Below are positions 37,092 to 49,629 of a stretch of 64,000 nt of DNA, piece by piece. Position 1 is the stretch's first letter, and the number at the start of each line of letters is the position of its first letter. Under the pieces are notes generated by a model, which was given only the letters and a program-made list of their open reading frames with translations, ran no database searches and had not been told where the DNA came from. The stretch lies in NCBI GenBank assembly GCA_043228905.1, contig JBHGNT010000014.1:19468001-19532000 (forward strand), written 5' to 3'. Position numbers and translations under genes: made by a program. Source of the stretch: Azolla caroliniana (lineage: Eukaryota; Plantae; Polypodiophyta).

Positions 37092-37379
37092 AGTGTGCAT
37101 AGTCAATTACTCTCGTTACTTGTGTCCCAACTCCCTGTCTCACATCATAGCACATGTGAGCTAAGTTGCATGGAAGCAATGGTTTAGATGGGCGACAAAG
37201 GGATGGGTTATACCCTTTGTCATCCTATTTTTCTCTTTTTATATCTTTATTTAGGGTTGTTAAGTTTTTATTTCTAAAACGAATGAACAAGTTGAATGAT
37301 CTATAATCATTTTGGTCTCGTATTAGGCCACATTTGCCTCTCTAGAGACATTAGAAAACTATTCTACCAATCTCCTACA

Positions 37380-37590
37380 CCCTCTCTCTCTCAAACACAA
37401 TATATGAAGATATGCAATGAAAACCTAATGGAGGATGAATGCCACTTACATATCTCATGCTCAATATATAATGTAATTTGCGAGAAATATAGCGAGTTAT
37501 TAGACGGGCATGATAATGTAAATGTCATACTCAACTGTCCACCAAGAAGGGCGAGCACATATGTGTGTGCATTATTTTCACATTGAGAGA
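37380..37590 (+). mobile_element. RTE/RTEX-like LINE C-terminal fragment
   Basis: KICNENLMEDECHLHISCSIYNVICEKY Cys/His motif. Confidence 0.6.
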
Positions 37591-38150
37591 TTTTACTACA
37601 TTGTAGCCATCGGCCCCTTCTTGGGAAGGAATCACGTACAAGATGATATGTTGATTTGGTCGCATAGGTCAAAATCAGGCCTCATCATGGATAATAAAAC
37701 AACAATTTTATCATGTGTTATGTGTGTGTATTTGTGATTGCCATTTGAACCATTGCTTCCATTGATACATGTTAGAGCTCATCCCATTGATTTAGACTTA
37801 TCATCCAAACTATTACTTCCATATGATTTAGTTCAAACTTGCTTCGATATGATACAGAACATTGGGGTACAAACCATTGATGATGAGACCAGTCATTTGT
37901 CTACATGTACCTTTCCCTAAACAAGTTCAGGAGTCTTGAGTATACTGCAAATTGATATAGTGCGCTCTGCCCCTGATCACATCTAGCTATGCTTTCCACA
38001 CATCTTTGATTCCACCCAAACCCGGGCATTGGGACTAATTTCTCACATTGTCACGACATGCACTCTCAATCGTGAGCATTCATCAACGAATAAAAAGTTC
38101 TAGAACATTGAGGGGTGGCACTACTCGTATCTTGTTCAAATATAATCATT

Positions 38151-38219
<69 letters not shown>

Positions 38220-38486
38220 CACTACCGAAAAAAAAAGAAGTATAGATCTATCTATCTATGTGTCTATCTATCTATCTATCTATTTATTTATCTATAATGT
38301 ATGTATGTATTTATCTATCTATCTATTTGTTTATGCGTCTATCTCTCCCTTGTGATCGACCAACAGGATATTGCGAGATTTTTGTCCGGATGCACAGAAT
38401 GGGATGGATGCAGCAAACCACAATAGAAATGATCCCCTCCTCTCTCTCACTCTCATGACATTTCATGTGAATGCAATCAGAGACCA

Positions 38487-39960
38487 TTGGTGATGATGTT
38501 ATCACGTCAACTCCGAAGCAAATTGACCACACCACATGACATTATTAGAGTAGAGTTTACTTTACCCTCGATGTTAGTAGAAACACTTTTCCAACATGTA
38601 GTTTTTATTCATAGGATACATAGCCAACCACATTACAAGATATCTCGTCAAGCTTTTGAGGCATCTCGATCACTCTATGAGTCTAGAAACACTAGCTCTT
38701 GGTATAACATTGTGGTGAGTTGGCTTCTTGCAAACAACCTAGACATTAATAACCTACCTCCCCTTTGCTACAACCATGAGTACGATAAACCTTTAATCTA
38801 TCATGAGGACCAAAATAAAGTAATAGGCCAAGAAATATGGCAAATTTACACTCGATATAAATGGATCACCCCACGAGAGTCACTCCCATCTAAAATGTTG
38901 TACTACAAGGAACACTTCATTCACTTCTCTAAGTTAGGTTTTATTACACGACCAAAATATCTAGACACATTCTTACCGAATGCACTAAGGGTTTTCATTG
39001 GACAACTTGGAATATCATCTCACCAACTTGAGATCGAAAATGGTCATACTAATGGAGTCCCTAGAGAGGAAAGGATATGTAGATTATGCCACATAGCAGT
39101 AGAGGATGAATACTACTTTACATGCAAGTGTCTAACTTACGCCGATATCAGGGCAAAATACCAAGACATTCTTGAACCCTTCCCCAGCCTCTCCACACTA
39201 TTAGATACACGAGATATAAAGAAATTAGGCAGATATATCTAAGAGCTAAAACAATGTAGAGAGAATAAGCTACAAAATGTTGACAATGACCATTCTAATA
39301 GTCCCCAACATGTAACCAATGAAAAATTTTAGGGAGACGATGAATGTGGACACACTTGCACCACAGTTCGGCCTCTCCATTGCTAAAGCGGAGAACCAAA
39401 GAAGAGCCAAACGCGCTCGATATATCGGGCTTCAAAGCAACTCGGCGTGGTGTAGAAGCAATTAAGAAGATGAAGGGAACGTGAACTAAACCGCTCTAGA
39501 AACTATGGTTGGGGGGTATCAGTTACATTGGGACCATGGGCTACAACTGCATCGAAACCCTTTGACCCCCCCCTACTTCTTTCCGAAAGACTTGGATGGA
39601 GATGAAACTAGGCCTAGTAGAAACGCCATATCGTTTACAAAATACGTTACACCATAACACGTTCTGTATACATAGTTATACTAGAACTCTTTTAGCTTAC
39701 CCTGCTTCTTTCCGAAAGACTTGGATGGAGATGAAATTAGGCCTAGTAGAAACGCTATATTGTTTACAGAATATGTTACACAATAACACGTTCTGTATAC
39801 ATAGTTATACTAGAACTCTTTTAGCTTACCCTGCTTCGTTCCGAAAGACTTGGATGGAGATGAAACTAGGCCTAGTAGAAACGCCATATCGTTTACAAAA
39901 TACGTTACACCATAACACGTTCTGTATACTTATAAACTTATACTATAACTCTTTTTAGCT
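38487..39960 (+). mobile_element. 5'-truncated RTE/RTEX-like LINE 3' end
   Basis: 251-aa ORF with ISSHQLEIENGH...PREERICRLCHIAVEDEYYFTCKC, a typical non-LTR C-terminal Cys/His region, followed by a 3' tandem repeat. Confidence 0.75.
39576..39960. repeat. Three tandem copies of a 129-bp unit
   Basis: Units start near 39576, 39705 and 39834. The 43-aa periodicity of ORF 39596-39958 reflects this repeat. Confidence 0.9.
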
Positions 39961-40149
39961 AAAGTTTTTGTTTTTATTTTGGATGAATGGGTAAATACCC
40001 CATCCCAATTCTGATTGTAAACCAATTTGTCTCATGGGCCAATTTTGGTCTTAGAAGACCTTAATATATCTTTCTCTCTTCTCACACTAGTACATATATA
40101 CACACACTCAGATCTACGTACATCTTTGACCTCCGTCTGATCTGTCAAG

Positions 40150-40172
40150 TAGGGTTAGGGTTAGGGTTAGGG
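40150..40172 (+). repeat. (TTAGGG)n telomere-like tract upstream of a gene
   Basis: TAGGG TTAGGG TTAGGG TTAGGG, about 180 bp before the ATG at 40353. Confidence 0.7.
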
Positions 40173-40182
40173 TCAAGGATAG

Positions 40183-40220
<38 letters not shown>

Positions 40221-40352
40221 CAGATGAAGACAGTGCTTCTTCCTTCCTCTTGTTAGGTTTGGGTTTAGTGCTAGTCTCAGGTCTTTAGAGATTTCCCGCT
40301 CAGATCTGTATATTCCTTCTTCTTCTTTCCTTTCCTTAGGATTAAGATTTAA

Positions 40353-43300
40353 ATGGCGAATCGACCCAAGGATTACCATTACCCTCCCGATGAAGAATCT
40401 GCTCCGCTGAATCAACAACCTTCTGCGCCTCCTTATTATGGCACGTTTCAGGGAAATGCGAATATTCCTTCTTCTCTCCCACCTGGTTTTCCTCAACCTG
40501 TTCATCCCAGCCAACAATATGCCTATCAGACGCCTGTACCTGGTAATTCCTTATTGAATTCTTTTGGATTGCTACCTTGAAAACGAATCAGTTCGACTGG
40601 AAGGATTTTTTATTGCTATGATCACATAGGAATTGACGTGAATGTGTTTTATTTAAAGGGTTTTCGACGAATCAATGTGGATGTGATTTATTGGAAATGT
40701 TTTGATTGTTCAGAATGCTGAGAACTTTTGATTGTTTGGATTACAAACGAATCGACACATTCTATTCTATTGAAAGGATTTTGAATTATTCAGAATACAA
40801 ATGAGCTCATTCGATGTATTTTATTGGAAGGGTTTTGATAGTTTGATCTACTTAGGAATTTGTGCCAACGTATTTTATTTAGAATATTTTGATTTTTTTG
40901 GATTACAGATGAACTGATAGTCTAATATGTCAAGCATACATATCCAATAAATATTAATACACACCATCGAAATATATAGCAGAAAAATACAAAATAAAGC
41001 ACATATGGTATTTTTAAATGAAATATGGAAAATAATTTTAATGAAACGCTGGAGATTTTGATGATCCCTCAGAGTGAATGGAAGGATAAGTAAAGCAATA
41101 CAAATGCAGTTACATTTTTTTGAAGTTGCATTAGGTTTTCCTCAGTTTCCTCATTTCTCTATACATGACCGTCCATTAAGATGGTTTCAAACTGTTTTAT
41201 TGAAAGAATTCTGCTTGTAAACTGAATAACAATTTTTCAGACTGTGGTAAAACCCGAATCTAACCATCAAGTTAGCTAAATTTCACCACCAGAGAAATTC
41301 TGATGTAAATGAACAAACATGTCCTTAAAATGTTTCACTCACTAAGACTTAATTCCACATCTAAGAAGTGAGAAGTACTTGAACGTAGAATTTGACACCC
41401 TATGGGCCTGAAAGATTTGGTTCCATTTCGATTAATTTTTTTATTGAATGGTTACTAGAAAGATAATAAAATAAGGTAATGCCCAAACCTTAGACGTATA
41501 GCCATCAGTTTAAGAACTTTAAAGAATTCTGTGGAGCAAGTAAAAATAAGATGAGAGAAGGAAAGGAAAAATTAAATATAATCAAATAATGTAATAAAAG
41601 AGAACAAAAATAACTCCTCCTGGTGACATTTTGATTCTAAAATAGATTGCCTATATTTCATATCTTATATTACTGATATGTTTCTAGAAGTTGTTTGATC
41701 CTATACTCTAGCACCTGATGCATCCATGTTTGTTTCTATTTATAGAGATCTATGCTTTAATTAATCCAAATTTGGTACTGCATTTTCTTGAAGACACAAT
41801 TTGATTTGGGGCATTTTCCTTCTTTTTAAGACGACGCAATGGAATTCAATGAAGTAGTACATGTTTTATTTCGAAATGATGATTTTTGTTTGCATTGGAT
41901 TTGTCTTATTCACCATCCATGCACTATTCTGCAGGTTTTTGATAGAAATTTGCATGTTTTTGTTTAAAAAGATGACTTTGATTCATACATTTTTGATAAG
42001 TTTCTCAAGGCCACATTAGAACGACACTGTTTTTCTTGCTGATCAATTGAGATGATACTGTGTATTTAATTCAAAGGATTTTGCGTATTTCAATAAATGT
42101 GAAATCACAAAACTACCACTGAAAGGTATTGAAGATTGAATCAAACATGAAATGGATGGATAGTTTACAATAGGTTAATGTGATTATAATGCATCGATTA
42201 AAATAAAACAAAACTTTAAAAGCATCAGTGTGAGAAATGAGGATGAAGCAAACATATTTGTGTGTGGATAAATCAAGACAGTCATCAAATCAATAGATGA
42301 ACAAGACAAAAGAAAGAACGGTAAGGAAGCAAATGTACATCAACTTAAGAACAGATGAATTGATGCATAACATCTTACACCATATCATTTCAATGAACAA
42401 TTGGAATCAATAGAAAATAGAAAATTCTGTCAAGCTACTGGAAGACAACTGATCCATTCTGATGAGGCATGGTTGATTCAAATTTTGTTTCAATCTCCTC
42501 ATGTAACTTGGCTATGCTACTTTGTAGGCTATCAATCTGTTCTGATGCTTTAGGTTTGTAGTTTCACATTAGCTATTGTAGGTTATCAATCCATTCCGAT
42601 GGTGTTATATGTTATCTCCAAAAAAAATGTTCTCTTCTAATACAGGCCTTGTAATTTCACACTAGCTATTGTAAGGCCATTTTATCCATTCTTGTGAGTT
42701 GTATAATGCTGTATTTTCTAATGGTTCAGTGTTTTATTCATTGCTGTATATGTTTCGCTTCAAAGTTTTGGTCCTTCCTAACGTAGCCATTGTCATTTTA
42801 CGTCTATGTAATTGTAGGTTATCCGGTTGTTGAGGGAACACCTGTTCTGCTGGACAGAGATCCGAGGGAGGGAAGGCTTCCTTGCTGTGGGCTTGGTTTT
42901 GGCTGGTTTTTGTAAGTAATTTATGCTCGATGACCTTATTTCTGATGCAGGACCTTTATCAAGTTTTTTACCACCACTGTATTACAGTAGGACCACACAA
43001 ATGATCATGCTCAATGATTATTTGTTGATTTCTGTTGTCTGGTTTTCGTAAGTAATTCATTTTACTCTATGATCTTTGATCATTATTCATGCTACAAAAA
43101 GATTATTGAGTTTTGACTAAATGATGAAATATTGTTTAGCAGCGTATGCATTTTCTCAATTAATTGGGCTTGCAACTTTTATCTACAACCACATGAATTG
43201 ATGTCTCATTTTTATTTATTTTTAAGCATTTTTATTAGGTCAAGTCCCATCTTATGTGCCTGATGTAAATACATACAGAGAACAGTAGACTTGTTTAGTA

Positions 43301-45589
43301 ACTATTACCATTTGAAGGTTTACCTCTGGCCTATTAGAACACTGTTTGCAAATAGTAAAAGATGAAAGAAAGATTAATTAAATGAGAATGTTTGGTTATT
43401 TGATTCATGAGTGACTTTTTTATTCCCTTATCTGCTCAAAAGTGAAAGTTTTATCAACGAGCAGACGTTTTATATGAATGGTGCATTGAGTGAAAAATTT
43501 GTTAACTACTGTCTTCTAGTGGCCTAAGATGAATTTAGAATGATCATCTTAGTGATTATCATATTTTACATCTCCATCTATAAATTTTTCTAGGTCTAGT
43601 ATGACTATAAAAAAATCTCATTAAAACAGTCTTGATATTTTTACAAACGGTTTATCAGACATCAAAGTCACATTATTATGGTGACAAAATTATAAATGGA
43701 ATTTATGAATATATGAGTGAACTCTCTCATATTATCTATTTGCTTGTTTCCTTCTGACAGGTTCATCATTGGATGGTTTTTAGCTTCGATTCCATGGTAC
43801 ATTGGAGCACTTATTCTTATATGCACTCGACCTGATCACAGAGAGCGTGTTGGCCTTACCTGTTGTACTATAGCGGTAAGAGAAGTCAAAAACTCCAAAA
43901 AACATGAATTTTCCGAGTGTTTGTTTTCGACCCCGAAAACAGCAATTGCATGCCCTATCATCTCCCTTTGTCTCTTTCTGGGGTTGATGAAGTACATATG
44001 GGCGAGTAAGTGAAAACTCAGGAACTTTTGAGGAAATAAAAGTAAACTCATGTGCAGTCAGATTGCTCCCCTTCCGTTAGTCTCTGAGAGTATGTCATAG
44101 AAAACATGTGCAATATGAAATAAGTGAATATGATAGTAAGTTTAGTCATAAGACTTCAAAAACTTCAAGTGATAATGATATTATTAAGAGTAGACTTAAT
44201 TATTCGTAATGCTTACATTACTAGGTGGAAACCCACAAAATAACAAAGAAAAATGTGCAAATTGCTGAGTAGACACTAAAATGCTTGGAAGCACTCAAAA
44301 GTAAAGAATGCAAGTTTGAAGTGGGATGCCCTAAGTTGCAGACAATTGAATAGAGATTGTCTTGGGGATTGCTTGAAGAAGCTAACTTCCAGCAGTTGAT
44401 TTTGACCAAAAACCTCATGACCACAAACCATCCAAATGGTCCAGAGTACCCAAAATATTGTCCATTCGTGGGAGTAAGCATTGCTGTTAGTCACTCAGAA
44501 TATGTCTGGACATCCAAAAGTTTTTCCTAAACCTTGGCCTAGGAAATCTGGGTATAAGTGATGCACATTCTGTGTAAATGCTTGGGTCAGTGAGCAAGTC
44601 CTCATAAGTCTTACAATTTTTTTGATTCTCTGTCACATTAATGTGACGAGCTATCTTTCTCTTTTGAAGATTTAACCTTGAGGACTCACACCCAATAAGC
44701 ATCTCCATAAGAATACCTTTGCTTAAGCAGAAGACCTGGCCTCCATATACCTATAAGCCTATTTTTCCATCAAAATTCTTGACAGCCTTATGATGAAAGG
44801 GTAACTAGTCCCTTTATATAGCTGAACACCCAAGGCTCCTAGATCACCATGTGTTCCCATGTGTCATAGGTCCTTAATAGGTTTGTCCTAATTCCTTGGA
44901 TAACTAGTTTCTCAACTATCCTACTCTCAACCCATTAAAATTAGCTATAAAATTGGTTCGTAAGGTTATGCCTTTAACATGCAAAGAACAATGTGATGTA
45001 TTGCCTACATCACGCAAAGAACTATGTGATGCATTGTTTCTTGATTGTAAATGGATCAATGGCTTAACCTTTTGTAACCTACAAGAAATAACAAGATTTG
45101 AATTTATTAGACAAATATATCTCCTCTATTTTTAATGAAAAAGTACTGTAACATAAGTACAAATTAAATTGTACTGCCAGAAATTTATAAAGTATGCCTT
45201 TAAAAGGTAACAAATCATCTACTTAGTTCTGATACTGATATTTTCTTGTTATATATCGATAAAAGAAGAAATCAGGCAAAAATTATAAATAAATACTCTA
45301 GTAAAATTTTCCAATTAGTTTTTGACATTCAAAATATTTTTTCTACAAGGGAATAAATCAAATAGATTGTGGTATATCTCACGTAATTCCTCTTATTAAT
45401 TCATGCATGATGGAAAATTCCTGTTTATAATATATAATTTGAATTTATTTCAATTTTGATTCCCAGGCATCTGTATCATTGGTTGCAGTAATTATTTGTG
45501 GTACATAACAAGGTGATTTTGATTTTGATTCACAGGCCTTTCTATCATTGGTTGTGATTATTATTGGTGGTGCAACGGCAGATTCTTAA
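40353..45589 (+). CDS. '60S ribosomal protein L18a-like' plant membrane protein (not the true ribosomal protein). Exons 40353-40542, 42818-42911, 43761-43875, 45536-45589 (alternative 45467-45508)
   Basis: Pro-rich N-terminus with YYGTFQG, then GYPVVEG..REGRLPCCGLGFGWFLFIIGWFLASIPWYIGALIL..DHRERVGLTCCTIA. All junctions are GT-AG and in frame. Confidence 0.85.
44220..44760 (-). mobile_element. L1-type LINE 3' fragment in intron 3
   Basis: AKVFLWRCLLG (zf-RVT-like) and WVLWTIWMVCGHEVF; frame-broken. Confidence 0.55.
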
Positions 45590-47142
45590 GCAAGAACACT
45601 ATCATCTTACAATCAAATCATTTGTACACAAATATTCACGTTGGCAATATCTGAATTATATCATGGAAATACTATTATTTCTTGATTGATTGGATGTCTG
45701 AATTGATTTATGAATAGTAATATTTTTTGATTGAACAAGGTCATTGACTGATCATATGCCTGTTTTCACTAATAATAAAAATTTAACTTGGTGTTTTTGC
45801 CATTTTTGTTGGGACAAAATCTCTCTCCACATCAGGCCTTTAGTCAGCTCAAAATTGGTATGGAATTTTTGCATATAGACTTTTGTTTGATATATTGAAA
45901 TTTGTTGAGGTTTGAAATAACTGTACAGAACTCTAACCTACCAGCAAGATTTTTTCATATAGCTTGAAGACATAGCTAGTCCTATATGATGACAATGACC
46001 AAATGTGATTGAATCGTTTGGATATACAAATGCATGGTGCACAGTCTTGTATATGCCACATTTTAATATATGAAAAGGTGTTGATTTAGAATATGAAACA
46101 AAATTTCCAGTATGAATGTTGTCGCCAGGTAGAATGTCCTTTTGTGAATGTTTCTTTCCAACACGTGGGAAGATGGGTGATCAAGATTCTCAGAAATCTC
46201 TTCTCATGGGTGGGGGAGCAAGCTCAATGTGTGCATCAAATGGGAAGTCTTGTAGATAGAGAAAAACATGTATGTTAGCAAAGAAGAACTTAGTTAGGAA
46301 TGCCATATGTAATGTCCATAGGTATCAAGTTCCTTGTGGAAATTGTAGTTTCACCAGCATAATGTAATCAAGGTGCAAAGTTCCAGGGGGAGTCAAGGGG
46401 CATTTGAATATTTGTTTGCCCATTGATACAGGGATCAAAATCTGAAGTGGAAGTACTTGCTCTTGCACCCTTGAAGCCATACAACACCAAAGATAAATGT
46501 GTTTGCTGCTAAGTTTAGCTTTCATGCCATAGAAATCTTCCAACTCAAAAGGCAAACGTTTTTGTCTCAAGAACTCTTTAGTGGATAATTTCAATTCACT
46601 TTGTAATGAATTAATAACTTCACTATTCAATTTCATATCCTTCTATTTACAACACTTCAATTTTATCATATTCATGATATGAATAAAATTGCATGGCCAA
46701 CTTAGTTTCTAAAATGCTACATTGTAACTCGCTCTTGTCTTTCTAACGAAGCTGTCAAATTCCTCTAGTTTTTTAGCATTTATATTTCTATACATAATGG
46801 TTGGGGGGATAACAACCATGAACTTGTGAATGCAATATCATAACTTGCCTTTTCTAACATTATGGTTAGATAAATTTACAAAAACATGTAGTTATTAGAA
46901 GAAAATCATGACTAATCATCTTAAAGGAAAGGTTGTCTGTATGCATTTCAAACTAAGCTTTTCAAAACAATATAGAAAATGGGGGGGGGGGGGGGGAGAG
47001 AGAGAGATAATAAATTTACACACATTAATCCATCTATATGTTGGAGCAACACATGTATGAATAAATTTAGTGTTATTAAATTCCACCATACGTTTACAAG
47101 CATTCTACATTGTTGGAATGTTAGAGAGAAGGCAATATCTGA

Positions 47143-47793
47143 CTAGCTATCAGCACTGACTTCAAAAAAAGTTCCTCCAATAGGATAGTAAAGATCATAT
47201 TCTCTGGCAAAGTCTCGGACACTAAAGTTTATTCGATTGGTAATAGTAGTAATGTTAACTCGAGATTCCTGCATCATGCATAACAATATTTTGTATGTTA
47301 GTGGAATTTATCATTGTGGTTTTTAGTTAATGAACTTCTTGCATGACATATTAACAAGAAAAAGAGATGTGGGATGTTAAATTACAAGAGATTCCCTTGC
47401 TTGTATATTGCTAAATCATGCATTCATAGATCTAAGAAGTGCTTGCCTTTCCATTAAAGCCTTAGTTCATCAATTAAGGCCCTTTTTACTCTAAAAGTAC
47501 AATCATGTTAAAAGTGAGTCACTATGTACCAAGAAGGGCCTAACGTTTAAGAAGAATACTTTATGATTTTTGTTAAAGTGAGAGAGAGAGATAGTGTATG
47601 GGATGGAGAGTCATCTCCTAGATGAATATAATATTGAGTTTTTTATCCTAATTGCATTCTTTGATTATCACACCAATAATCCTGCTACAAAGAGATAGGT
47701 AGATGTATTACTTATGCATGAACCAAAAGTGGACAATAATGTGAACTAGTTGGGAACCATGAGTTTGAGACATTGATGTGGCATGGCTAAAGA

Positions 47794-47836
<43 letters not shown>

Positions 47837-49198
47837 AAGAGAGGGATACTTCAACCTATATGGAAAGAGATGTAAAAGCGATTGGTTCATAATTGAGACA
47901 TGTGTGTTAATTGCTTGGAGACCACAAGATCGTGAGTTTGGTATACCACACGGATGCGGCATGTAGATTGGGAGAGGTGATATAGGTTGATAGAGACACC
48001 AAAGGAATCAAAGACACTTAAATATATGCACTTTATAGATTCAACTCCTAGGTGTAATAATGGACTGTATATATATATTATATATATATATCACAACTTT
48101 TTGGAAAGTAACTTTGGTAACAACATTAGTAAATTGATGAGTATACTTTTTGATATATTAGTCCATGTTGTTGAAGCTAATAACAACACTTTTTAATAGT
48201 TTGATTTTGGTCATTTGGCCATAATCCAGATTATTATGTCAACCGTTTGAAGACAATGGATGGAGGCCTAGGAAACAAGATGCCGCATGTAATTTTGGGA
48301 GAAATGGTATCTGGTATACACATTATTAGTTAGAGAAGGAGAGAAGCCAATGTGATCCATGTAGCTCAATAGTTTAGAGAGATCACAACTTCGATTACCC
48401 GATGTGGTTGTGAAAATTGTTAGGCAAGACCGCGAGAGTGAGAGGAATTCCAGACTCTCATGTGGCATCTAGTGCATATAGATAAGAAGTAATATACTGT
48501 GTCCTAATATAGAGCTAATTCTAACATTTTATATGTGAGATAATGTGTGTGTATGTGTGTGTGTGTGTGAGAGAGAGAGAGAGTGTGTGTGTGTGACCTG
48601 CTCGAAGACCAAGAAATAGTAGCGATGGGTCCCCTCTGAAGGGCCAGGTCCATCATATACCACATTCTCAACACCAGCCTCCCAAATTTCTGAAAAAACA
48701 CTTCTCTTTCTCATTCATTTCATAACACATTCTCTCCATGTGAACAATAAATATATGGGCCAAACCTTGATCGTCCCCATCGGGCGAAGTTGGGGCCGGG
48801 ATGTTGGAGACGATCCAATGCAAGATATTGCGGAGAGTGGGTGCCCAAGACGAGGGCGCGTCGGGATCGACCGACACAAGTGTGAAAAGCCTCCCGTCCC
48901 TTGTACTTCCCGGAGACACGCGCAATTCCACATGAGGCCTCGATTGCGTCTCGTTCTTTAGCAAGAGCTCCCCCAGCCCCACGGTCCTTGTAGTGTTGTT
49001 GTCTAGCTCGAAGGACAGCTCGACATCCACTCTTTGGGAGCTTGAGGCATATGAGTCCAACCAGTCGGGCACGACCGTAGCGGCCGCAAATTGGCTATCA
49101 TCAAAGCCCGGGGTTACCATTGACACCATCGATGAGGCCGATGCCACCACTATCATGGCCGCCATCACCGATCCACAAAATGCCATAATTTGGGCCAT
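47143..49198 (-). CDS. Divergent PEBP-family protein with hydrophobic N-terminus (~216 aa). Exons 49198-48766, 48689-48598, 47268-47143
   Basis: FTLVSVDPDAPS, LHWIVSNIP, YDGPGPSEGTHRYYFLVFEQ, RINFSVRDFAREYDL..PIGGTFF. GT-AG junctions are in frame and the total is 651 nt. Confidence 0.88.
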
Positions 49199-49199
49199 T

Positions 49200-49233
<34 letters not shown>

Positions 49234-49629
49234 GGTTATAGATATATGTATTGCTCTACTACAGTCTACCACTCCCCCTAGCTCTTTATAAAGACCAATC
49301 TTACATGTCTTCCTTTTTCTCCTACTTTTTCTTTTCCCCCATTTCCCATTGTAACAATTATATTAAAAGGTAACAACATGAAAAGAATATATGGCATGGA
49401 GAACTACATGTAGAGTTTAATATGTGTGATTATCGAGAAGATGTTGTCTTCAAAAAATGCTTTATCCTAACATTTCCACCATCTCCGTTTTACCTCCTTT
49501 ATTCTATAGATTCTAGACTATAACTAATTCTGCAACTTTTGAATTGCAATTTCACGCTACATTGCTTGCTAATTCTGGAGGGTTCTCAACATCCTACTTA
49601 TATATGCATTTAAGTTATCTATGTTTACA

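Noticed and set aside
39596-39958. 120-aa repeat protein ORF
   Set aside because: It is open only because the 129-bp unit is a multiple of 3, and it lies in a LINE 3' region.
40353-45589. True ribosomal protein L18a/eL20
   Set aside because: The protein is Pro-rich and multi-TM. It matches the misnamed 'L18a-like' family, not the basic ribosomal protein.
47143-49198. Assigning the symbol FT, TFL1 or MFT
   Set aside because: Diagnostic residues, exon structure and N-terminus do not fit any of them.
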